Assembly: GCA_964016885.1 (NCBI GenBank)
Contig: OZ024740.1
Coordinates: 159,588,001-159,652,000 of the forward strand
Direction of reading: 5' to 3'
From: Eledone cirrhosa
Lineage: Eukaryota
Length of the DNA stretch: 64,000 nucleotides
Shown here: positions 41,301 through 54,236 of the stretch, piece by piece
Layout of the letters: every line of letters begins with the position of its first letter
Numbering within the stretch: position 1 is the stretch's first letter
The notes under the pieces: generated by a model
Databases searched by the model: none
Told to the model about the DNA's origin: nothing
What the model saw: only the letters and a program-made list of their open reading frames with translations
Program-made: the position numbers and the translations under genes

Positions 41301-41356
41301 TTAGGTCGCCTGCGATAATTATATAGTCACTGTCGGATATTTGGGAGGTAGTTAGC
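38316..41356 (-). mobile_element. Young RTE LINE, longest copy (partial AP endonuclease, RT, PHD finger); frameshift near 39910
   Basis: AGDLNGHVG (APE), [33 protein letters not shown]; one G missing versus the copy at ~45955. Confidence 0.95.
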
Positions 41357-41373
41357 ATATATATATATATGTG

Positions 41374-41434
<61 letters not shown>

Positions 41435-41495
41435 ATATGTATATGTATGTGTGTATATGTATATATATATATATTATATATGTGTATATACATAT

Positions 41496-41544
<49 letters not shown>

Positions 41545-41656
41545 ATATGTATATGTATGTGTGTATATGTATATATATATATATTATATATATATATACA
41601 TATTATATATATATATGTATATAAATATATATACATATATTCATCATCATCATCAT

Positions 41657-41989
41657 CATTTCATTTTACGTCCGCTTTTTCCTTGCTTGCAAGGGTGGGA
41701 CGGGAACTGATTCTGGCTTGATTTCTACAGCTGGATGCCCTTTCTAACACCAACCTCATTTACAGTGAGTGCTGGGTGCTTTTTTGCCGTGGCACCTCCA
41801 CGACCACTTTGCAGTGGAATGATAGGGACCCCAGCCCCTATCATCTCATTTCTACAGCTGAGTAAACTGGAGCAATGTGAAATAAAGTGTTTTGCTCAAG
41901 GAAACAACACATCACCCTGTCTGAGAATTGAACTCACAACCTTTCGATTGCAAGGCCAATGCTCTAACCACTAAGCCATGTGCCTCCAT
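41657..41989 (-). mobile_element. tRNA-derived SINE, full length
   Basis: Head TGGAGGCACATGGCTTAGTGGTTAGAGC...GTGAGTTCAATTC; same family as 5291 and 19470. Confidence 0.88.
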
Positions 41990-42013
41990 ATTATACATAT
42001 ATATACATATATT

Positions 42014-42054
<41 letters not shown>

Positions 42055-42124
42055 CGGAACAAGTAAACATTAAACAATCTTTTAAATAAATTGAAATACG
42101 ATTTAAATATTTACCTCTTCTCGT

Positions 42125-42204
42125 GCCATGACCGATAGTTTCGCTTATCAAAAGATTGGAAATACAGAGAATTTCCAATGGAAAGATATAGCTCTTCAGA
42201 TAGC
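42125..42204 (-). ncRNA. Type I hammerhead ribozyme motif, canonical core, GUC site, extended stem II
   Basis: Minus strand: GCTAT-CTGAAGA-GCT...ATTGGAAAT-tctctgt-ATTTCCAAT...AGC-GAAA-CTATCGG-TC-ATGGC. Confidence 0.78.
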
Positions 42205-42329
42205 TTTTCCAAATCTACTAGACATAAGTCCGTATAGATGTAGATATATCACCCTCTGCCCAGTGAATGAATCAAGCCGTTAAAATGACCCACACACTTA
42301 TTGGACCATTAGAAAAAGCGGAATTTATT

Positions 42330-44180
42330 ATCTAGCTCCTCTACTGATTCTGCTATAAGAACCAGATCATCAGCATAGAGAAGTTCCCATGGGCAGCAAG
42401 TCTTAAACTCCTCTGTTATGGCTTGGAGGACTATAATGAACAAGAGCGGGCTGAGGACCGAACCTTGATGTACTCCTACTTGTATCTGGAATTCCTAACT
42501 AAACTCCATTTGTACCCTCACTTTACTGACAGCACCTCTGTACAAAGCTTGCACTGACATACTGCCATGCAATGCGGAACACCGCACGTCTGTGATCTTC
42601 TCGTCGCAGAATATTGGCAAACCTCCTACTCTCAGCATCCCTACATGCTACACCTGACGTCTAGCTTCTCTATTCGCGGTTGTGTATCCTTCTCTACTCC
42701 CACCATTTTCCCAAGCTTTCCATGCTAGTCTTTTGTCTCTAATGGCCTTATCTACCGTGCTGTTCCACCACCAGGTCACTCTCTGTCTGGTTGGAGCTCT
42801 GCTCCAGCCACAAGTTTATTCAGTAGCCTGCAGTAACTTATCATGTAAGAAATTCCAGTTATCATCTATGTCATACGACTCTAAATCGTCTTTTTCGTCA
42901 TACACATCTTGAAGTGCTTTCATAAATTTATATTTTAGTGAAAGGTCATTTAGCTTCCAGACCATTCTTTTCCATACCTTCCTGTATGTCTCATTTTGTC
43001 TCTTGCTTACTGAGATGTCACTAATGACTAACCTATACCGCAGAGTATGCCGTAGTATTTGACACCATCTGTCTGTCTCGCTGCCTAACTAGCAAGAAGT
43101 TAATCTGGCGTATGTGCTTGCCTGATTTGTAGGTTATTAGGTGGTTGGTAGGTTTCTTGAAGTAAGTGTTGCAAATAGTTAGTGTACTTGCTTCACAAAA
43201 TTCAAGAAGCCTCACTCCTTCTTCATTTCTTGAGCCATAACCGTGTCCACCATGTACCCCAGTGTAATCATCCTGGAGCTGTCCAACATTGAAGTCCTCT
43301 GCTAGCATAACGATGTCTCTGTCCTCTGTCATTGTGGCTGTTTGTAAAAGTTTCTCGTAAAAGCAGTCTTTCTCTTCTTTACCAAGGCCTGCCTGGGGAG
43401 CATAGGCAGAGATGATTGTCAGTAGTCTCTTGCCTACAACTAATCTAAGCTTAATTATTCTATGACTAACTCTAACTACCTCTACTGTCTTATTGACCCA
43501 TCTCTCAGCCAGAAAAATACCTACCCCACCTAACCCATCATCATTACCCACCCAGAAAAGCTTATAACTAAGATGTTTGCCTGTAATTAGTCTTGCAGAG
43601 GCACCTCTCCATCTCACTTCTTGCACGCAGCACACATCCACATGCCTTCTCTCCAGCATCTCCACTATCTCACCATATCTACCTGTTAGAATGCCAACAT
43701 TAAGTGAGGCAACTCTGAGATGCGACGTCTCATTCTTCTTCCTGTTGTGTGATTGCCTGATGACGGGCGTGGGGTTCTCACACAAGGATTCACTAGCCAC
43801 CCCACTAACGTGAGCAGCCCTAACATGGTTAGTGTTATTGCTCTTTACGCAGTTGTTGCAATTCTCATTTGTTGTGCTCATAGTTTTTGGCAGTAGTATA
43901 TATACTGGTTGGATTCCCTCCTTAACACCAGCAGCACTTTACAGCATGGACTGGGTGCTTTTATTTGTGCCACCAGCACTAGAGAGGTCGTTTACTGGTC
44001 TCAGGGGCCCTATCCGCCCCTCCATTTTACAGCACAGACTGGGTGCTTTTATTCATGCTACCAGCACTAGGGAAGTTGTCTTATTGGACTTAGGGGACTT
44101 CTCTACCCCGCAACAATTTATTCGAAATGGTAGCTCTCCTAGACGGGTTGCCTACACTACAGTTTACAGAGCCTCCGTCT
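42330..44180 (-). mobile_element. Older RTE LINE with 5' UTR, AP endonuclease ORF (43033-43881) and internally deleted RT
   Basis: SLNVG, VQEVRW, GGVG, SAYAPQ motifs; [10 protein letters not shown] and YADD coding at 42360-42480. Confidence 0.85.
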
Positions 44181-44392
44181 GCCCCTTGTCTGTTATATGA
44201 TATATTCACAAGGGAGTGGTTAGCATACAGCATCAGACATGTATGCCGAATGTGGTGGCGGTGGGGCAGGTGGGTGGCTGGTGAGAACGGATATGGCGTA
44301 TACATAAATATTTATATGCAAACAAATTCAACACAGTTTTTTTTATCACATACAAATCTCATATATATATATACATATATACAACCGGAAAT

Positions 44393-46239
44393 ATCATCAT
44401 CATCATCATCATCAACGTTTAACGTCCGTGTTCCACGCTTGCATGGGTTTGGACGGGGGTAGTCCCACTTGAGGCAAGAGTGATTGTCTTGCTCGCATAG
44501 GACTGTCTGGCAGGTTTTCTACAGTTGGATGCCCTTCCTAACACCAACCACATTTACAGTGTGGGTCTGGGAGGTTTTTACCGTGTTGCCTACACGGCCA
44601 CATTACAGCGTGGACTGTGTGTTTTTTTGTCGTGACACCTACACGATCTCATTTGTTTCGGCCTGGATGGCGCGGCACCAACATAACTTTACATAGAACG
44701 GGGTGGTGTGGATGGGGTGGGGGTGGTGGCGGGACGGGGTGTATTTTGTTAGAGATGCCTACTGGCAAGGCGGGTCTTCTCTGTTACTGAGTACCGCCAA
44801 AGGTCTCGGTCCAGTGACATTGTCTTGGAGAGGTGTAAGTGTGTGAGGTCGGAGTTTATCAGCTCATCCCATGTTTTTCTAGGTCTGCCTATTCCGTGGC
44901 TACCGTCTATCTTTATTGCCCTGCACTTTGTTATACAGCTATCGACTTTCATGCGCATCACGTGTCCATACCAACGCAGCCTTCTCTCGAGTAAACAACA
45001 TCTGATCCCTCTTATCTCTAATTTTTTCCTTAGTTCGTTTATGCTTTGCCGTTCACGTATATTACTGTTACACATCCAGCAGAGCATGCAAGCTTCGTTC
45101 CTCTCTAGTCTGCGTATATCCTCTGCACACAATGCCCAGGTCTCACTACCATGCAACATTGCTGTTCGTATGCAGGCATCGTACAACCTGCCTTTCATTT
45201 TTAGGGAGAACCCTTTAGCAGCTAATAGTGGTATAAGCTCTCTGAACTTTTTCCAACCAGTTCTGACTCTAGCTACAGTACTTTCAGAGCACCCTCCCCC
45301 ACTGCTGATTTTATCGCCCAGGTAACGGAAGCTGTCCACTATTTCTATAGAACCCTCTGCGCAATTGAAAGAGCTAGTATTTTGTGGGCACTTGCTGCTA
45401 CTTATTGCACCAGAACACCGGCCACATGTAAAGTCATGTTCTTAGTTAGCTTACCTGTGATCCCACTACATCTTTTATGCACCCATACTTTGCATTTAGG
45501 ACATAAAATGGAGTTTCTACCTACGCCTTTCCTACATACCGAGCACGACCATTTCCCAGAAGGGACCGCCGCCTTGTTTTCTTTCCTACAAACTAGAACT
45601 TTGGTCTTAGCCAGGTTAATTTTAAGTCCTTTTGACTCTAGGCCGTGCTTCCATGTTTGGAATTTCTTCTCTAGCTCGGCCATTGATTCCGCTATGAGTG
45701 TCAGGTCATCTGCGTATAGGAGTTCCCATGGGCAGCCTGTCTTGAACTCCTCTGTTATAGCCTGAAGGGCAATAATAAATAGTAGGGGGCTGAGAACAGA
45801 GCCCTGATGGACGCCAACTTTTACGCTAAACTCTTCACTATATTCGTTGTTAATTCTAACCTTGCTGACTGTTTCTTTATACATGGCTTGTATAGCCCTC
45901 ACAAGCCATTCGTCAACGCCTAGTTTTCTAAGAGCCCACCAGATAATGGAGCGGGGGACTCTGTCGAAGGCTTTCTCCAGGTCGACAAAAGCTAAGTAGA
46001 GGGGTTTACCTTTAGCTAGGTACTTCTCCTGTAGTTGTCGTACTATGAAAAGAGCGTCTGTGGTGCTTTTGCCTGACACAAACCCGAACTGCATTTCATC
46101 TAGGTCAATTCTCTCTCTGATTAGTTGCGCTATTACTTTTTCCGTGACCTTCATGACCTGGTCGATTAATTTAATGCCTCTATAGTTACTCCTATCTAGG
46201 GCGTCTCCTTTACCCTTATAACAGTTAACAATGATGCTG

Positions 46240-46241
<2 letters not shown>
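44393..46241 (-). mobile_element. Young RTE LINE, 5'-truncated
   Basis: Near-identical to 38316-40195; 5' end abuts a long (TA)n. Confidence 0.93.
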
Positions 46242-46299
<58 letters not shown>

Positions 46300-46394
46300 A
46301 TATGTATGTATATATGTATGTATATATGTATGTATATATGTATGTATATATATATGTATATATATATGTATATATGTATATATATATATATGTG

Positions 46395-46427
<33 letters not shown>

Positions 46428-46440
46428 GTATATATATATG

Positions 46441-46495
<55 letters not shown>

Positions 46496-46506
46496 GTATA
46501 TATATG

Positions 46507-46597
<91 letters not shown>

Positions 46598-47622
46598 TTA
46601 GAGAAAGATGACCAAAAAAAAAATTCAAATTAACACTTATTTTTAACATATTTTGATTGGTGCAGATCGGAATACAATTAACATTAAAAATTAACATTAA
46701 AAATGATTGCATTATCGATGTAAATATTCTGATAATGCATTAAATTATTTGCACAATGTCTTTGAGCATGATAAAGATTGTCAAAATTGATGTCTCCATT
46801 TTTAGTGACAAAAAATATCAGACAGTCGATAGAATAAACTGTAAAAATACATTTACTCATCTTTGAATAAGTTATGTTAGTAATTTAAGAAGTATGAAAT
46901 ATAAGTTTACCAATTCAGTGTTAGCAAATAGCAGAATGAATTTCCTAATACTGCCAAAAGAAGCATATGTGAAGCGAAATAATACTGGATACAGAGAGTG
47001 CCAATTAGATGTTTAACAGATTTATTTGAGAGAATAGACTCACAAACATGGAAGCCCTTAAGAATTATACAAGACAAGTCCATGTGCACATATATATCAA
47101 TAAACACAACACATGAAATTCCGGAAATGATAAAAACAGAACAATAATGTAATTGATCCATTCTATTCTCAGGTGCACACAATATTTCTGAACTGAACCA
47201 AATTATGTAAAGTGTTCATATTCACATTGATATACATTTATTAATATAAAAGATATGTGATACACTATATATGTACTGAGAAACGTTCACATTTGATGTG
47301 AATGTGCATACTATCAGACACACTATCTGTGTGTATATCATGACTCATACACTTTCCGGACATTTGTACATTATTCTATGGAATGTACCTGTGATGAGTT
47401 GTAGTGCACCTGAGCACTGTACACAATAATTTTCATTATATCATATAAATATTCTCACCTAAAAACAGAATAGTACGACAGAAAGATAAACATTAAAAAT
47501 TATAAATATATAAGGCTATAGATATATACAATGCCGACGCTACAGCAGATCCAAATAGAGATATAGATAATATTTCAGGGTTGAAACATCCTGATAAAAT
47601 AATTACTGTATGATTTACTATG

Positions 47623-48470
47623 TCATTTATTATATAGATAATAGAATTCAATCATACATACGAAGGAAACATACATTTCTGGGCAGTACTCCCACAATAT
47701 CTCAAAGGCCAGCCACATTGTGAATATTTGGTTAGTTATGCTGCATCCAGGACAAAAATTACACTCTTCGTGAATTAGCATGGACTGAACCATCTCTCTA
47801 CATCTCTTTGCTAGACACTTAGCATAGATTTTGCAAGGGAGGTTTAACAAAGAGATCTTTCTATAATTGGAGCAATCTCTCTTGTTACCCTTTTTGAAAA
47901 TTGGAATTATCACTCTTGATTACCATTACTTAGGTGCCTTTCCAGAGATCCAAGCCACCCAGCACACAAGTCAGTCAGAGAATACTTTCTTTATTTAAAG
48001 CCTTTAACATCCTGGGTCGAATTTCATCCTACCCAGCAGCCTTGCCACATTTGAGCTATTTAATTACTCTGATCCTGACTTCCTTATCTGCCAGTGCATC
48101 CCACTTTATCCTGTAGATCAAGCTGAACTTGGAGGTTTTGTGGGCTCTTTTGGATTTAGGTAATCTCAGGCTGCAGATGACTAAATAGTGGTCAGTTGAC
48201 AATTCAGCTCTTCTCTTACCACAAACTTCCAGCACAGAATCAAAGAGATCAGAAACAACATATTCATCAATTATTGATCTCTATCTTGGATTACCCATAT
48301 GCCATATGTATTTATGGATGTCTCTAACCTGGAAGAATATGTTCATAAAAGAGAGTCCATTGCTAGAACAGAAGTCTAGGATGGCCTCTCAAATCCTGAT
48401 TAGATCTAGGTTGCTTCCTTCTAATCACTCCTTTCCATGTCAGGTAGTCAGTACCTAAATGTGCATTGAA
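47623..48470 (-). mobile_element. Decayed RTE (BovB/Expander-like) relic
   Basis: IIPIFKKGNKRDCSNYRKISLL; homologous to 49540-51300. Confidence 0.75.
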
Positions 48471-49146
48471 CCTAACCAGATACAGACACATCCAGCTAAC
48501 CAGATACAGACACATCCAGCTCAAACTACGACAAAACAGCAGATGAAAAGCAGTGCTATCAATGTTATGCTATGATGGTACTTGTTACTTTTCAAAAACA
48601 TACATGGTTATTTATCTGTGAGCTATATATGCTTTCCCACCTAATTCCAGTGTAATGTTACTAGCTAAATTTGACAACAACATATGAGTTCAATTTTTTA
48701 ATTCAAACTCCCCATAGTTAGGATTTACTTTGTAACACTAACATGCCTACTGACGAAATACGTTATCTTAAATTTGGTAATTATCTGGTTTACTTTAAAT
48801 ATGGTAATTGATATATATATTTTCTCTTGGTGTGAGACAGCAGTATCAGCAAGAATTTAATTGTAATGTAAATGAAAATTTCTGTCTTGCTTACTTTCTA
48901 GTTTGGTCATATATATTATAAAATATGTTTATTGTTGTCCCCATAATAATATCACATGAGGATACTCTGAATTATGATATCCTCACATTTAATTTTCATT
49001 CAGCTTTATGATACAACTGATTCAATATGATTTTATATCAATTGATAATTGTTATCTATTTATCTATCTATATATATATATATAAAGAAACATATCTATC
49101 TATCTATCTATATATATATATATAAAGAAACATATCTATATATCTA

Positions 49147-49212
<66 letters not shown>

Positions 49213-49539
49213 TCATCATCGTCATCATCAGCCTCATCAGTCCCCCCCCATATATATATGTATATATATAGAGAGAGAGATAGAGAGAGAGACTCGTATA
49301 CATATATGTGTGTGTGTGTGTGTATGTATGTACACAAATTGGAGGGAACAAACACACACACAATTTAAATAAGCTACTTAATACTTCACAGGTTAAATAA
49401 TAATTTAATTTATCAATGCAATACTTCAAAGGTTTATAAATCTGTTTCAATCAACATGATCTCTTCAGAACTATGCTCTAAAAGATTAAAATGAATGAAA
49501 TCGATTTATAATCTACTTTTTGAATATATATATATAATG

Positions 49540-51300
49540 AACAGTTTTCGATTTAGCACCATTTATCCAAACACAAACACATGGGGTTTTGTATAGAGAC
49601 ATCAGAGCAACAAGAAGCTGACCTTTGATCCCATACTCTTGCAGAATCTTCCACAGCAGGCCCTGTGGAACATAGTCATATGCCTTTTCGAGGTCTACAA
49701 AGCAAGTATACACCTCTTGGTAGTACTCCTATAATTTCTCAATGACCTGCCTCAGTTTGAATATTTGGTCAGCTGTGCTACATCTGGGGCAAAAACGACA
49801 CTGTTCATCAGTTAGCTTGGACTCAATAATCTCACTACATCTCTTTGCCAGACACTTAGCATAGACTAGGGAGGATTAACAAAAAGTTTCCTCTATAATT
49901 TGAGCAATCTCTCACCTCCCTTGTTGAAAATTGGGATTGCCATAGCCTAGTTGCCTTTCCAGAGATCCAAGCCATCTAACACACACATGACAGTCAGAGA
50001 ATACTTTTGCTATTTAAGGCTTTTAACAACTCAGGCTGAATTTCATCGCCAGCGGCCTTGCCTCATTTAAGCTATTTAATTGCTCTTGTGACCTCAGCCT
50101 CTGAGAGATTAGTTAACACGTCCAGAGGCACCTTGTGCACATCAGATACTGTTGTGATTGGGTTTAGATCAGCAAAATATTCTTTTAACCTTGCAATGAT
50201 GCACCTCTCTGAAGAGAGGGGAATCCCCGATGCATTCTTGAAAGCAGGGATAGAGGATTTCTTATTATGAATTGGTGGATGGCTTGCCAGAACATTTTAT
50301 TTGTTGATCTGAAGTTGGATTGCAGCTTGAAACGAAAGTCCTCCTATGTCTTAACTTTGTATGCTTTTACTGTCTCTGCTGCAACGTTTTGCACCCGTTG
50401 TACCGCAAATGCAAGAAGGAGGACTTATTTCTTTGCCCAGCTTTGTAAGCCTTCTTCTTTGCTTGGTTGACATCTTTGACCTCTTGATTGGACCAAGGGA
50501 TTCTTGTGCCACACCAAGCATCGTTGGCCCACATCATTTAAAAGCTGAAGCAGAGAAACTGCTGAGCTGAACAATCTCCACTCCGTTTTAGCATCCTCAG
50601 TTAGCTCAGGATGTCTCTGAATGTGGATGCAATAGTATCTGCATATCTGATCCTGACTTTCTTATCTAACAATGCTTCCCACTTTATCCTGTAGGTTATC
50701 ATGGATCTGCCAGTTTTGTGGGTTTCTTTAGCTTTAGGTAGTCTCAAGTTGCAGATAATTAGATGATCAGTTGACTGTTCAGCCACTCACTTAATATGAA
50801 CATCCATCACAAAATTGAAGAGATCAGAGAAAATAACCAAATTAATTACCGATCTGTCCCTAGAGATCCTATTGCTAGAACAGAAGTTTAATAAGGCCTC
50901 TCCATTCATATATAGATCCATGTCAGGTGGTCAGTGCCAACATGTGCACTGTCTCCCATTAGGATATATGACTCAGTCTTAACTACATCTAATGCTGCAG
51001 TAACTTCATCAAGGAAGGATCAGTATTCAGACTCTTTGTTTAGTGCATAAACTTGCACTTCCCACCTTGCCTAAGCTTCAAGAGGCAAATCCTCCTTTCT
51101 AATGGCATCTATTCCATAACACATTCTGACACCTATGGGCTTGTGAGTATCCCCACTCCTACCTGTCTAGTCATTTCTGGTGCCACACCTGAATAGTAGA
51201 GTTTCCATTCGCCATGCAAATCCACAGTATCAGAGTGTCATAACTTTTGGAGGAAACTCTAATCATATCTAGCTAGTAGCATCTAGCCTCTTCCACTAAT
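49540..51300 (-). mobile_element. Decayed RTE (BovB/Expander-like) relic, APE to RT
   Basis: FVDLEKAYD, STDHLIICNL; many stops and frameshifts. Confidence 0.8.
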
Positions 51301-53866
51301 GATACTATGGGCATGTAGTTCGAATGCCACATGAATGTATCACTGGGCAAAATTTATGGTCAAAACAAACTAGCAGAAGACCCAGGGGTAGACCTCGAGC
51401 AAGATAGTTTATAACATCTATGAGCTTGGCTGGTCTTGCTTGAGGATCCAGTCAAATTAGTTGGAAATGGTTGCTTCAGACAGGACCCACTGGAAGGAGT
51501 ATTTAAGAACTCTTCCCCCATGACCCTCTGAGGAATAAGTGGGTGATGAGGAAGACGTGTGTGTTTGTGTCTGTATTTGTGCATATATATATTTTTTTGT
51601 ATGTTTGTATTTATATGAGTGTATATATGTATAAATATATACATTTATATATATTTGTGTATATATATATGTATACGTCTACATGTATATATATATATAT
51701 ATATACCATATTTCTCTATCTCTTTCTCTCATCATCATCATTTTACGTCCGCTCTTCCCTGCTCACAATACATATATATATGCATGTATATTTAGGTATT
51801 ATATATACATGCATATATAGGTATCATGTGTGTGTGTGTCTGCATATTTCATACATGCATTTCATATGCACATATGGATTGGATTCAGTTCAGCAGAAAA
51901 TTTGAGGATACAGGTTGAAATCTTTTGCTTCTAGTCAAGTATGATCTATTAGATAGAATAGGCTGTGGAGGAGTTGGCATGCTGAACGATGTGTGTAGAA
52001 TAGTCTAACAAAACAGGTCAACCATAGAACATACACATTCAGATATATAATGATCTGTATATACATAATATATTCACATGCCAACCTGCATACACCTCCA
52101 TACACATCACTTATATATACATAAGTAGATTCTCAAATGCAGATGTATTTAAAAACACATATACATATACATACATTTATGCATGCAGATAGACACATAC
52201 ATGCACACACACACACACATACATACAAACATATTATATATATGCATAGGCATATATGCATGCATACATAGATATATGCGTGCAGAGAGGCATACATTCA
52301 CACATATATAAAAGCATTTATACATAAATATACATGCATAACTGCATACATTCTTACATTGACAAACTCATAATTATCATCATACAGCTCTTTTCTTACT
52401 GGTGTATATACAAATTACTTATGCAACGAAACATAAAATGCTCTACACATGCAAACATACACACACACATGTGCACTTACACACACACACACACGCACAC
52501 ACACACAGAGTTACACTCTGTACAATGGTGGTGGTAGTGGTTATTTTTATTGTTCAGCTGCAGGTCCATCTTGATTGGGTAGACATATGATGAAAAACAT
52601 TCCAGAGATGACGAATCCATACATTTAGGGACATCTGGAATTAAATTATCTATTCAATGTGTGTTTTCTTTTCCTAAGATAATGGAATTTAATTTAAGGG
52701 AAATTCGGCTGCTATTTCTAGCAGCTCATACAACTAAACTAAACAGGGATGTGTTGCTGTTTTGTTGTTAGCCCTGATTGAGCAGGATTCTGATCAGATG
52801 TTTCAACCGTAACCACCCTGACATTTTGTATATCACTCAGGTTACCTTCCCTTTTTGAGAGATAGTAAGGCATGTTTCAATGGAGATTAAGATATTATTT
52901 TCAGCAGGTTGAGTGACAACCTAGGGGCTCCATTGATAGTTACCTCAACTCATTCTGGTGATGATTGTTGTTTAGGCCCATGTTAAGCCAGATCAAGCAG
53001 ATCTTTGATAAAAGGCATTCCAGACATGATTATCCTATTTGTTATTGGTAATACATTAAATTGCACCCAGAACTCTTTCAACCAACAGCAATTTTATAGA
53101 ATGGACTGGGTGATGTTATGAGTGATTAATGAAATTTTAAAAAATCTGATATGCCAGAGAAGGATTTGAACTCAGAATACAATAAAGAGGTACAAATAAT
53201 ATAAGGCTTCATGTCAAATGCTCTAGCAATTCTGCTAAATAACTACTGTGGTTTTGTACTTTATTTTATAAATCCAAAACAAATAAAATAGCAAAGTTGA
53301 CCTAGGCAAGATTTGAACTCAGATTGCAAACCATTTTGTTCTACATTCTAATGACACTGCCAACTAGCTGCCTATATAAGTATAGCTCTTTGAACGGCTC
53401 CTTGTCATGCACCAACATTTCAATAGAGATTCTGGTTGATTCGATTATTTTCAGTAGACAGAGCATCCAGCTGTAAAAACAATTGCTCCAACAATATGTA
53501 AATTTAGAGATTGCAAAAACACTATTTCTCTGATGGAAACACACACAAAAAAAATTAATATAATAAAAAATAGGCATAAAAAGATATGAATTAAGTTTGT
53601 CTGAATCTGTCTGTTGGAACTGTAAATAAAGATAGTGAATAGAATTGGTAACTTAGTAGTAGATGTGCCGGTTGAATCAGATGAAAGAATTGCTTGTTTG
53701 TTTTGTTGTTTTTTTCATTATTTATTAATATTTAATCGGTTCATTGTATATAAATTAGTTTGAAAGATGTGAATGTTTTTGGTTATTGTATTTTTTCTCT
53801 TTTTATAGCCATTATTCCATATTCCTGTCTTATTGTGGGGATGTGTGTATGTGTATGTGCTTACAT

Positions 53867-53915
<49 letters not shown>

Positions 53916-54133
53916 CATCTATATATAGAGAGAGAGTGTGTGTGTGTCTATTTGAGTGTATATGCATACGTATATATGATCATATATATATCATCATCGT
54001 CGTTTTACATCCATTTTTCCATGCTATATATATATAATATATATATGTGTGTGTGTGTTTCTGAGTGTGTTTGTGTATATATGTGTGTATATGTATATAT
54101 ATATATGAATATGCATGTGTATATATATATTTA

Positions 54134-54236
<103 letters not shown>

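Noticed and set aside
41930-41989. tRNA-like sequences at SINE heads
   Set aside because: A/B boxes continue into SINE bodies; not standalone tRNA genes.
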